From a virus (Duplodnaviria > Caudoviricetes), in IMG/VR virus record IMGVR_UViG_3300049925_000149, positions 1 to 29,069 of that record: a stretch of 29,069 nucleotides of DNA. One strand, written 5' to 3'. A model generated the notes under the pieces. That model ran no database searches. It was not told the origin of the DNA and was given only the letters and a program-made list of their open reading frames with translations. Positions 17,212-25,539 of this stretch are shown here, piece after piece; position 1 is the stretch's first letter; each line of letters opens with the position of its first letter. A program made the translations under genes and the position numbers.

Positions 17212-18156
17212 ATGAGTGTATGCGTTATTGGCCAAGGTTTTGTTGGCGGAAGCTTAACAACAGTTTTGTCTGAAGCTGGTGAAATTGTTTATACTTATGA
17301 CAAAGTTGGTAAAAGAGCCAAAGGCTCTGCTGAATGGTGGCCAAATAATTTAGCAGATGTTGTTTTTTATCTTGAAAAAGATAAACTTGCAGGATTTTCC
17401 GAAGGGTTTTCGGGTGTTTATTTTATTTGTGTTCCTACACCTATGTATGAAGATGGGGCTGCTGATTTATCAATTGTTGAAGAAGTTCTTGATGAATTAT
17501 CATCTTACGATGGCACAAGAATTGCAGTCGTAAAATCTACAGTTCCGCCTGGGACAACTGAATTTTGGAATAAAAAATATCAAAACTCTGGTTTAACTGT
17601 GATTTTTAATCCAGAGTTTTTAACTGAAGCAAATGCTTTAAATGATATGCGTGAACAAAATCGAATTGTTTTAGGTGGCCCTCGGCCGCAAATCAATACC
17701 GTTAAAAATATTTTCCAGCGTGCATTTCCAAATGTGCCAATTATTAAGACAAGTTCAACTACTGCTGAGATGATTAAGTATGTCACCAACTGTATGTTGG
17801 CAGTAAAAGTCTCATTTGCTAATGAGATTGCACAGATTTGTGAATCTTTAGATGCTGATGGTAAAAATATTGATTATGATAAAGTGATTGAATACGCAAA
17901 GTTTGATAAGCGTTTAGGTGATACACATTGGTCGGTGCCTGGACCTGTTCCAACTCATGATGGCCGCTATGTTCGTGGATTTGGCGGACATTGCTTTCCA
18001 AAAGATATTAATGCTTTGATGTATCTTGCAAAGAGTTATAATATTAATCCAACTGTTATGCAAGCTGCATGGGAAAAAAATCTTGAGGTAAGACCTCCAC
18101 AAGATCGAGATTGGGAACGCCAAATTGGTAGAGCAGTCAGCAAGAGGAAAGAATAA
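17212..18156 (+). CDS. ugd: UDP-glucose/GDP-mannose dehydrogenase family protein (short form)
   Basis: IGQGFVG, ICVPTP, VKSTVPPGTT, FNPEFL, AEMIKYVTN, GFGGHCFPKD (catalytic Cys); exact substrate uncertain. Confidence 0.85.
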   Translation: MSVCVIGQGFVGGSLTTVLSEAGEIVYTYDKVGKRAKGSAEWWPNNLADVVFYLEKDKLAGFSEGFSGVYFICVPTPMYEDGAADLSIVEEVLDELSSYDGTRIAVVKSTVPPGTTEFWNKKYQNSGLTVIFNPEFLTEANALNDMREQNRIVLGGPRPQINTVKNIFQRAFPNVPIIKTSSTTAEMIKYVTNCMLAVKVSFANEIAQICESLDADGKNIDYDKVIEYAKFDKRLGDTHWSVPGPVPTHDGRYVRGFGGHCFPKDINALMYLAKSYNINPTVMQAAWEKNLEVRPPQDRDWERQIGRAVSKRKE

Positions 18157-19034
18157 TGAAAGCGTTAGTGACCGGTGGCGCCGGGTTTATTGGATCACAC
18201 ATTGTTGATGAGCTGATTAATCATGGACATGAAGTTATTTGTGTAGACAATGAATCAGCTCCTCAAAACAATAAATTTTATTGGAATAATAAAGCTAATA
18301 ATCTTTATGCAGATATTAGAGATTTAGACGAACACACATTTAAAAATGTTGATGTTGTATTTCACCTTGCTGCTCGATCAAGAATCCAGCCAACTGTGAA
18401 TAATCCATCCGAGTGTTTTTCAGTGAATGTGTTAGGGACACAGCGCGTGTTAGAAATGAGTAGGTTGGCCCGCGTGAAGCGTGTTGTCTATTCAGCGTCA
18501 TCATCTTATTATGGTCACGCCTCCGACCCGCCCTTTTTTGAATCAGCGCCTAAAGGGTGTATGACTCCTTATTCACTCTCTAAATGGCAAGGTGAAGAGC
18601 TTTGTGATTTATACACAAAGCTTTATGGTTTATCAACTATTTCCCTTCGCTATTTTAATGTGTATGGGCCAAGAGAACCTATCAATGGTGAATACGCCCC
18701 AGTTATGGGACTCTTTAAAAGACAAAAAGAAGCAGGTCTTCCTATGACAATAGTTGGAAATGGTGAGCAGCGAAGAGATTTTACATATATTACAGATGTA
18801 GTAAGAGCAAATATGTGTGCTGCTAATAATGATGCTTGTGGAGCTTTTAATATTGGAACTGGTAGAAATTATTCAATTAATGATTTAGCTAAAATGATAG
18901 GTGGAAAAACAATAAATTTGCCTGATAGAATTGGTGAAACTAGAAATACACTAGCTGACACAACCAAAGCAAATTTATGGCTTTCTTGGAAAGCAGAAGT
19001 TAGACTAGAAGACATTATTAACTCTTACATTTAA
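18156..19034 (+). CDS. NAD-dependent nucleotide-sugar epimerase/dehydratase (extended SDR)
   Basis: VTGGAGFIGSH, FHLAA, SASSS.YG, PYSLSK (YxxxK), LRYFNVYGP, G.GEQRRDFTYI.DVV. Confidence 0.92.
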   Translation: MKALVTGGAGFIGSHIVDELINHGHEVICVDNESAPQNNKFYWNNKANNLYADIRDLDEHTFKNVDVVFHLAARSRIQPTVNNPSECFSVNVLGTQRVLEMSRLARVKRVVYSASSSYYGHASDPPFFESAPKGCMTPYSLSKWQGEELCDLYTKLYGLSTISLRYFNVYGPREPINGEYAPVMGLFKRQKEAGLPMTIVGNGEQRRDFTYITDVVRANMCAANNDACGAFNIGTGRNYSINDLAKMIGGKTINLPDRIGETRNTLADTTKANLWLSWKAEVRLEDIINSYI

Positions 19035-19045
19035 GGAATTAATTT

Positions 19046-19834
19046 ATGAGCGAACTTTTGCCTAATGGCAAGAAGCATGTTTCTTATTCCGAAGTTAGAA
19101 ATTGGGTTGAATGTGGTTGGCGCCACTATCTTCAGCAAATTAAAAAGATTAATCTTGACAAACCATCTGAGCATCTTGATTTTGGAACCATTGTTCATGC
19201 TGAATGCGAAAATTTCTTAAAGACGCGCGTAATGAATTCAGAGCAATGTGTTATGAATATTGTCCAAGCGTGGGATACCAAAAATTTTCCAGATACAGAA
19301 AAATGGGCAAATTGGGCAAACAATATTGTCAATGATGTTCCAGCTTGGCTTGATGAAACTTTTCCTGGCTGGGAGACAATTGCGGCCGAGCAAAATTTAT
19401 ATGAAAATATTGAAGGATACGACGCTTATTTTAAAGGTTATGTCGATTCGATTATTAAAGTTCCAAAGGGTGACAAGTATGAAATTTGGATTTTAGACTG
19501 GAAGACTGCTCCCGCAGGTGGATGGCAGCTTGAAAAAAAGAATGATCCATTGACTTTGGCCCAATTGTCTTTGTACAAATATTTCTTAATTGCTAAGTAT
19601 CCTGAATTGTTTGAAGGCGCAAAGCATGTAAAGTGTGGATTCGTTCTCCTGAAAAAGGGAGCTAAGCCCGGGAAATGTGTCGAGCTTTTGACTATGTCAG
19701 TTGGGCCCATCACAATGGAAAAGGGAATTAAGCTTGTTAAAAACACTGTCTCAGGGATGAGACGAGGAATTAAGCTAAAAAATAGATCATCGTGTAAGTA
19801 TTGCCCATATTTTGAAACGGAGCATTGCACCTAA
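19046..19834 (+). CDS. PD-(D/E)XK nuclease, Cas4/AddB-like with probable Fe-S cysteines
   Basis: SYSE....C, FGT.VH, GYVD...ILDWKT, QLSLY, C-terminal CKYCPYFETEHC. Confidence 0.85.
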   Translation: MSELLPNGKKHVSYSEVRNWVECGWRHYLQQIKKINLDKPSEHLDFGTIVHAECENFLKTRVMNSEQCVMNIVQAWDTKNFPDTEKWANWANNIVNDVPAWLDETFPGWETIAAEQNLYENIEGYDAYFKGYVDSIIKVPKGDKYEIWILDWKTAPAGGWQLEKKNDPLTLAQLSLYKYFLIAKYPELFEGAKHVKCGFVLLKKGAKPGKCVELLTMSVGPITMEKGIKLVKNTVSGMRRGIKLKNRSSCKYCPYFETEHCT

Positions 19835-19880
19835 TTTACTTATTCATTTTTTAAAGTATCTTTTTTAAAGAGAGGATGCT

Positions 19881-21119
19881 TTGCCTAAAAAGAAGATTTT
19901 GGTTCTTTCTGACCATGCCTTGTCAACATCAGGTGTTGGAACTCAAACACGACACCTGATTAATGGTCTCCTTAAAAAGGGTGAATGGACATTTAGACAG
20001 TTTGGCGCTGCTATTAAGCATAATGATTATAGAACTATTGTTGTAAATGATGATTTTATCATTAAGCCAATAGACGGATTTGGAAACAAAGATTTAATCA
20101 GAATAACTTTGGCTACTGAAAAGCCTGATCTGATTCTGATTTTTACTGATCCAAGATTTTTTACTTGGCTGTTTGATATGGAAGATGAGATTCACCAAGT
20201 GTGTCCAATCGCTTGGTGGCATGTTTGGGATAATTGGCCTAAGCCAGAATTCAATATGCCATTTTATCACTCAACTGATCTTATCAATTGCCACTCACAT
20301 TTAACTTATGAAATCTGTAAGCAGGATTTTCCAGAAAAGACAAATTTCATTCCGCATGCTCTACCGAATGATATGTTTTTTCCACTCACTGCTGACCAAA
20401 GAGCTTTAAACAAAAAAGCAATCTTGAAAGATAAATCTGACAATTTTGTTCTTTTTTGGGTTAATAGAAATGCCAGAAGGAAGCGGCCATCAGATTTAAT
20501 TCACGCATGGTCATTGTTTCGTCGTAGAATTGAAGCTCTTGGTAAAAAAGATGCTACATTAATCATGCACACTGACCCTCTTGATCAAGAAGGTCCAAAT
20601 TTGCATGAAGTAGCCAAGCTTTACAATGTTCAAGACAGTGTTGTCTTTTCAACTGATCGAATCGACTTTGAAAAGATGAATGTGCTCCATAACATTTCAG
20701 ACGCTTGTATCAACATTTCTTATGCTGAAGGGTTTGGTCTTTCAACTCTTGAAGCAATGCAATGTGGCAGACCAATCATTGCTGCTAAAACTGGTGGTCT
20801 TACTCGTCAAGTTGTAGATCATCGTGATGGAACAGAGAATGGAATTGCACTTCCAATTGAGTTTAAGACTTGTGTAGGCTCACAAGTTGTTCCATATATT
20901 TACGAAGATTATACTTCATCTGAAACAATTGCTGACGCTATTGAAAGAATGTATTATATGTCTCCTGAAGAGCGTCAAGCTCTTGGTGATAAAGCACAAG
21001 CGTATGTACAAAGTGAATTTTCATATGACATGGTAATTAATCGTTGGCATGAAACTTTAAATGAAACAATAGAGAATTGGAAGAGTAGAAGAAAGAATTG
21101 GGAGATGGTGACACTATGA
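19881..21119 (+). CDS. GT4 family glycosyltransferase
   Basis: SD GAGAGG before TTG; SGVGTQ, NRNARRKR, SYAEGFGLSTLEAMQCGRPII (Ex7E). Confidence 0.9.
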   Translation: MPKKKILVLSDHALSTSGVGTQTRHLINGLLKKGEWTFRQFGAAIKHNDYRTIVVNDDFIIKPIDGFGNKDLIRITLATEKPDLILIFTDPRFFTWLFDMEDEIHQVCPIAWWHVWDNWPKPEFNMPFYHSTDLINCHSHLTYEICKQDFPEKTNFIPHALPNDMFFPLTADQRALNKKAILKDKSDNFVLFWVNRNARRKRPSDLIHAWSLFRRRIEALGKKDATLIMHTDPLDQEGPNLHEVAKLYNVQDSVVFSTDRIDFEKMNVLHNISDACINISYAEGFGLSTLEAMQCGRPIIAAKTGGLTRQVVDHRDGTENGIALPIEFKTCVGSQVVPYIYEDYTSSETIADAIERMYYMSPEERQALGDKAQAYVQSEFSYDMVINRWHETLNETIENWKSRRKNWEMVTL

Positions 21120-22270
21120 GAATTTTGGTTCGCGGCCCATTACTTAGTGAGTCTGGATATGGGAATCATGCTCGACAAGTTTTTCGTTGGCTACTCAAAA
21201 AGCATCCAGAGCATGACATCACAACGCAGTGTCTTCCGTGGGGAACAACTAGTTGGTATATAAACACTGAGGCTGAGGGCGGATTAATTGGTGAAATTAC
21301 CAAGAGATCTAAAAATATTGAAGGCCCATATGATATTTCATTTCAAATTCAATTGCCTAATGAATGGGATCCAACTCTTGCAAAATACAATGTTGGTGTG
21401 ACCGCTCTAGTAGAAGCTGATAGATGCAATCCAACTTGGGTTCAAGCTTGTAAGAGAATGAACACTGTAGTTGTTCCAACAAATTTTTGTAGTGATACAT
21501 TAAAGAACACTGGATTTGATGGAAGCAATTTACTTGTTATTCCAGAAAGTTTCACTCCCGAAGTGCTACAACCAAGCCCAGATTTAAAACTTGACTTTAG
21601 CACAAAGTTTAATTTTCTTATGCTTGGGACAATGACAGGCAATAATCCACACAATGATCGCAAAAATATTTTGTTTGGATTAAAGTGGTTGTGCGAAGAG
21701 TTCAAAAACGATCCTGATGTTGGAATTGTTATTAAAACAAATATAGGTCGTGGAACTCGTATGGATTGGAAGGGCGTTGAGAATATGTTTAAGGGCGTTC
21801 TTAATGAAGTTAGAAAAGGGCCCTATCCGCGAGTTCATTTAGTTCATGGAATGATGTCTAATAGTGAAATCGTTGGTTTGTATCGTCATCCAAGCATCAA
21901 AGCTCTTGTTGCTCCTACACGCGGTGAAGGGTTTGGACTTCCTCTATTAGAAGCATCTGCTTGTGCTCTACCAGTCATTTCAACTAATCATAGTGGTCAT
22001 CTTGACTTTATGGATCTTGGTCGTTCAATTAAACTTGATTATGATTTAGTAGAAATTCATGAAACTCGTGCTGATCCTCATATTTGGATGAAAGGAACAA
22101 AGTGGGCCCATGTAAAGGAAGACGATTTCAAGAGCAAGATTAGAAAGTTTAAAAATAACCCCAGCATACCTCAAAAGTGGGCTGAAGATCTTTCTAAGAA
22201 ACTTATTACAACACATAGTCCTAATGCAATTGATGAAATTTATGAGCAAAAATTATGTCACCTACTGTAA
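21116..22270 (+). CDS. GT4 family glycosyltransferase
   Basis: SGYGNHAR, DRKN, PTRGEGFGLPLLEASAC.LPVI; ATGA overlap supports start 21116. Confidence 0.88.
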   Translation: MRILVRGPLLSESGYGNHARQVFRWLLKKHPEHDITTQCLPWGTTSWYINTEAEGGLIGEITKRSKNIEGPYDISFQIQLPNEWDPTLAKYNVGVTALVEADRCNPTWVQACKRMNTVVVPTNFCSDTLKNTGFDGSNLLVIPESFTPEVLQPSPDLKLDFSTKFNFLMLGTMTGNNPHNDRKNILFGLKWLCEEFKNDPDVGIVIKTNIGRGTRMDWKGVENMFKGVLNEVRKGPYPRVHLVHGMMSNSEIVGLYRHPSIKALVAPTRGEGFGLPLLEASACALPVISTNHSGHLDFMDLGRSIKLDYDLVEIHETRADPHIWMKGTKWAHVKEDDFKSKIRKFKNNPSIPQKWAEDLSKKLITTHSPNAIDEIYEQKLCHLL

Positions 22271-22590
22271 TAACATTTATTATTTCAACAGTTTTTGCTC
22301 TTGAGACAGTAGCACTCATTTTTATTTCTCGATTTGCATATCAAAGTGCAATGACGATACTACGTATTCAAGATGCAGTTGAAGAGTCATTAGACGTTCT
22401 TGATACTAGATACGAGTCAATCTCAAAAATATTGAAGATACCTCTTTTCTATGATTCTCCTGAGATTAAGAGGGCTGTCAATGATATCTCAAAGTCAAGA
22501 GATGCTATACTTTATGTTGCAAATCAATTGACATCCATCCAAGAACAGGAAGAGGAAAATGACGGGAACAAAGAAAGTAATCAAGCGTAA
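22255..22590 (+). CDS. Hypothetical protein with N-terminal transmembrane helix and helical body
   Basis: Hydrophobic VITFIISTVFALETVALIFI followed by amphipathic helices and an acidic tail. Confidence 0.6.
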   Translation: MSPTVITFIISTVFALETVALIFISRFAYQSAMTILRIQDAVEESLDVLDTRYESISKILKIPLFYDSPEIKRAVNDISKSRDAILYVANQLTSIQEQEEENDGNKESNQA

Positions 22591-23287
22591 TCCGGCCAGT
22601 GGCGGAAAAATGTATTTTGATAGCTCGGCTCAAGAAGCAATAGAGAAATTTCAGCTTACAACTGATAAAAAAGAAGCTGAATCACTTTATTTGACTAAAA
22701 TAATGCCTGCATTTGATAAGTTAGTAGAAAGTCTTATTTTTGTTTATGGATTTTCATCGCAAAATGAACCCATTGAACTCATGAAAAATGATTGCGTGAG
22801 TTTTTTGTATGAAACACTTCATAAATTTGATGCATCAAGAAACACAAAAGCATTTTCATATTTCAATGTTGTGGCCAGAAATTGGTTAATCATCGCTTCA
22901 AAAAATAGACAAAAGAAACTTAAGCGTTTTGTATCTCTTGAAGATTTAAAGAATTTTGATTCTCTTGACTCAGAGCTTTATCGAAATAATCAAGCACATC
23001 CAACTCCCGAAGAACAACTTGAAAATCACGATCAGCGTGATTCAATTATGAAAGTTCTTAAAAAAATCAAAAAGCAACTCAACCAGCCTCATGAAATTGC
23101 ATGTATGGATGCAATTATAACTGTATTTGATCAAATTGATGATTTAGATTTTCTTAATAAGAGAGCAGTCTTTGTTTATGTTAAGAATATATCTAATTTA
23201 AATCAAAAGCAAATGAGTGTTGCAATGTCTGTTATAAGAAGACATTATAGAAACATTTTGAAGCAAAATGGTGGAGTGATGAGATGA
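22559..23287 (+). CDS. Putative phage sigma factor (sigma70 region 2-like; T4 gp55-like late sigma)
   Basis: DCVSFLYETLHKFDASRNTKAFSYFNVVARN resembles sigma region 2.2-2.4 (FD.....FxYF). Confidence 0.65.
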   Translation: MTGTKKVIKRNPASGGKMYFDSSAQEAIEKFQLTTDKKEAESLYLTKIMPAFDKLVESLIFVYGFSSQNEPIELMKNDCVSFLYETLHKFDASRNTKAFSYFNVVARNWLIIASKNRQKKLKRFVSLEDLKNFDSLDSELYRNNQAHPTPEEQLENHDQRDSIMKVLKKIKKQLNQPHEIACMDAIITVFDQIDDLDFLNKRAVFVYVKNISNLNQKQMSVAMSVIRRHYRNILKQNGGVMR

Positions 23288-23640
23288 ATAAAAATGATGT
23301 TGGAAATATAATGAAAGAAACTAATCAAAAGCGTGATGAATTCAATGATATGATTGAGTCAATTGAAAACACAAGCGACAAAAAAAAGTTTCTATGGAAA
23401 GAAATCTACAACAATGCTTTATCTGATAGATCAAGTGCTGAAATTTTGTTTTATGAGCTTATTGCATTAATGGATAAAACAGTCACAGCTCATGAGTCTT
23501 ATGGAAATATTCTTGTCAAATATCTTGACAAAATGAACAAAAGCAATGAACAGCTTTTATCACTAGCAAAGTTGATTGCTGAATCTGAAACTAATCATGA
23601 AGTAAGTGAAGACGACATCTTCAGCCGGATTGCACAGTAA
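23284..23640 (+). CDS. Hypothetical helical protein (118 aa)
   Basis: Translationally coupled on both sides (ATGA, TAATG); helical composition. Confidence 0.6.
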   Translation: MNKNDVGNIMKETNQKRDEFNDMIESIENTSDKKKFLWKEIYNNALSDRSSAEILFYELIALMDKTVTAHESYGNILVKYLDKMNKSNEQLLSLAKLIAESETNHEVSEDDIFSRIAQ

Positions 23641-25013
23641 TGGGATTTGTGTTTTTAAGAGGAGTTGTTGTTGATGTTATTGGAGGGCTGTCAGAAATTT
23701 CATTGATGAGTCGTCCATTAAGTTCTTTTCAAAATAAAGTGAATATTGAAAATTTAAAAGCTTTTCCTCGAAACACAATAGTAATTAAAAAATTAACTCT
23801 AGGAACTTCTAAAACATCAGCAGATGAAATTATTTGCTATCCATTCTTTTCATCTCATCTTTCTCTTCCAATAAAGCCCGGCGAGCAAGTATGGTTTGTT
23901 TATGAAAATCCAGATAATCCAGGTCCAATAGCATTTTGGTTTTCCAAAGTTCATGAACCTTCGCATGTAGAAGACGCAAATTATTCTTTCTTTACAAGAT
24001 CATATAGAAATGAAACTCAAAAAGATAAATCTACAGGGTCTAAGTGGGATAAGCAAACAGGCGCCGCAAGTGAAGAAACTAAAGATGACTTAAACGGTCT
24101 AGTAAGTCCTACTGATAATCCAAAAGAATTATTGGAAATAGTCCAATATACTAAAGGCATTCACAAATTTGAAGCTGTGCCTGCTTATACAAAAAGAATG
24201 GGTGATCTTGTTTTACAAGGATCAAATAACACTTTGATTATGCTTGGTGAAGAACGCGGTCATTCATCTAAAAATGCATCTGCAATTATCAACAGCGCAA
24301 ATAAATTAAGTCAAGACGATAGAAGCTCAGCAATTGATATTGTTGTTGGACGAGGAAAAACATCTTCAACATCATGTACTGAAATTGCTGGTCCCCTTGA
24401 TGTCAAGATGTCAGATAAAAGAGAAAGAAAAATAACTGAAGGTGACGCACATTTTCAATATGATGCAGCTAGAATTTATTTAACATCTAATTCCAATAAA
24501 TTTGCGGCCCACAATCCAGATAACTTATTATCATTGATGGATCCAAATAATAAAAGTTATCCAGGTGTAAATTACCTTCCAGGAACAGGCTCATTTGCAG
24601 TAATGAAAGCAGATAATCTTAGACTTGTTGCCAGATCATCAGGCTTGATAAAAATTGTGAAAGAGCCAGATACAAATATAAAGACAAATGGTGCTGCTAT
24701 TGTTTTACATGAAGATGGAATTGCTCAAATAAGTGGTGCAAAAGTCTTATTATCATCTTACTTTTCTGAAGAAAATTTACAACCATATGTTTTGCATGAT
24801 GGTCTTGTAGATATTTTAGTACAAATTTTAAGCCCTTTAATAACTCTTGGAACAACAATGTTGCCTGCAATGAATGCAATTGCTGCAATGTTCCCACCCG
24901 CTCAGCCACTTGCTCAAGCAGCAAATGATATGTCAATTAAATTTACTGCAATGATTGCTCAATTACAAGCAAAGCAAGCACAAATTAACTCAACAGTTGT
25001 TTTTGGTCAATAA
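23640..25013 (+). CDS. Putative baseplate hub/spike protein (gp5/VgrG-like N-terminal OB fold)
   Basis: LPIKPGEQVWFV and GDLVLQGSNNTLIMLG motifs; position directly before gp25-like and gp6-like genes. Confidence 0.55.
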   Translation: MGFVFLRGVVVDVIGGLSEISLMSRPLSSFQNKVNIENLKAFPRNTIVIKKLTLGTSKTSADEIICYPFFSSHLSLPIKPGEQVWFVYENPDNPGPIAFWFSKVHEPSHVEDANYSFFTRSYRNETQKDKSTGSKWDKQTGAASEETKDDLNGLVSPTDNPKELLEIVQYTKGIHKFEAVPAYTKRMGDLVLQGSNNTLIMLGEERGHSSKNASAIINSANKLSQDDRSSAIDIVVGRGKTSSTSCTEIAGPLDVKMSDKRERKITEGDAHFQYDAARIYLTSNSNKFAAHNPDNLLSLMDPNNKSYPGVNYLPGTGSFAVMKADNLRLVARSSGLIKIVKEPDTNIKTNGAAIVLHEDGIAQISGAKVLLSSYFSEENLQPYVLHDGLVDILVQILSPLITLGTTMLPAMNAIAAMFPPAQPLAQAANDMSIKFTAMIAQLQAKQAQINSTVVFGQ

Positions 25014-25053
25014 AAATTTCTCTATTGCTTACTTAGTACAGGAGATGATTCTC

Positions 25054-25536
25054 GTGTCTCAAGCAAAATCATACAGCTTTAATAGTGTTGGCAATAAAAA
25101 ATCAACATTTGACCAGACTGAGCAATTAAAAAAGAAAACTCCTCCAATTGGAATTAAAACGCCTGTTGAGCTTGGTTCATCTGATGATGGCATTTTTAAG
25201 ATGCATTACGAGTTAAAAGATCAAGTTCGCGACAATCTTTCTAATTTGATTCTTACAAATCATAATGAAAGATTAAATTTCCCTGATTTTGGAGCAAATC
25301 TTAAACCACTTCTTCATGAATTAGCAACTGAAGATGGAGACACAGAAGCTATGCGGCGAATTCAACAAGCCGTCGCAAAATATTTGCCTTATGTCGTATT
25401 AGAAAATTTCATCATGACTCCTGAAGATGCGAGTACATCTGCTACATCACAGATTAAGATGACAATAACATATTCAATACCAACTGTAAGCGTGACAAAT
25501 CAATCGCTTTCAATAACATTCAACTTCACAGGGTGA
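25054..25536 (+). CDS. Baseplate wedge / sheath initiator, gp25-like
   Basis: QVRDNLSNLILTNHNERLNFPDFGANL..LLHE...IQQAVAKYLPYV; SD AGGAG (25040-44) fits GTG 25054 better than the track start 24955. Confidence 0.85.
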   Translation: MSQAKSYSFNSVGNKKSTFDQTEQLKKKTPPIGIKTPVELGSSDDGIFKMHYELKDQVRDNLSNLILTNHNERLNFPDFGANLKPLLHELATEDGDTEAMRRIQQAVAKYLPYVVLENFIMTPEDASTSATSQIKMTITYSIPTVSVTNQSLSITFNFTG

Positions 25537-25539
25537 TGA

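Noticed and set aside
19835-19862. Possible sigma70 promoter TTTACT-16-TATCTT before the GT4 pair
   Set aside because: Weak match in AT-rich DNA; plausible but not supportable
2398-22270. Bacterial O-antigen/capsule locus or giant eukaryotic virus
   Set aside because: No wzx/wzy/wzz or ABC exporter; flanked by fibre, gp25-like, gp6-like and sigma-like genes with SD sites
89-24936. Other short track ORFs nested in or antisense to long genes (e.g. 89, 310, 605, 1673, 3950, 4503, 8209, 17580, 17819, 17914, 19260, 19438, 21442, 22046, 24697)
   Set aside because: Overlap well-supported genes and show no recognisable motifs
24955-25053. Track's longer N-terminus for the gp25-like gene
   Set aside because: Overlaps the previous gene by 59 nt; SD spacing favours GTG at 25054
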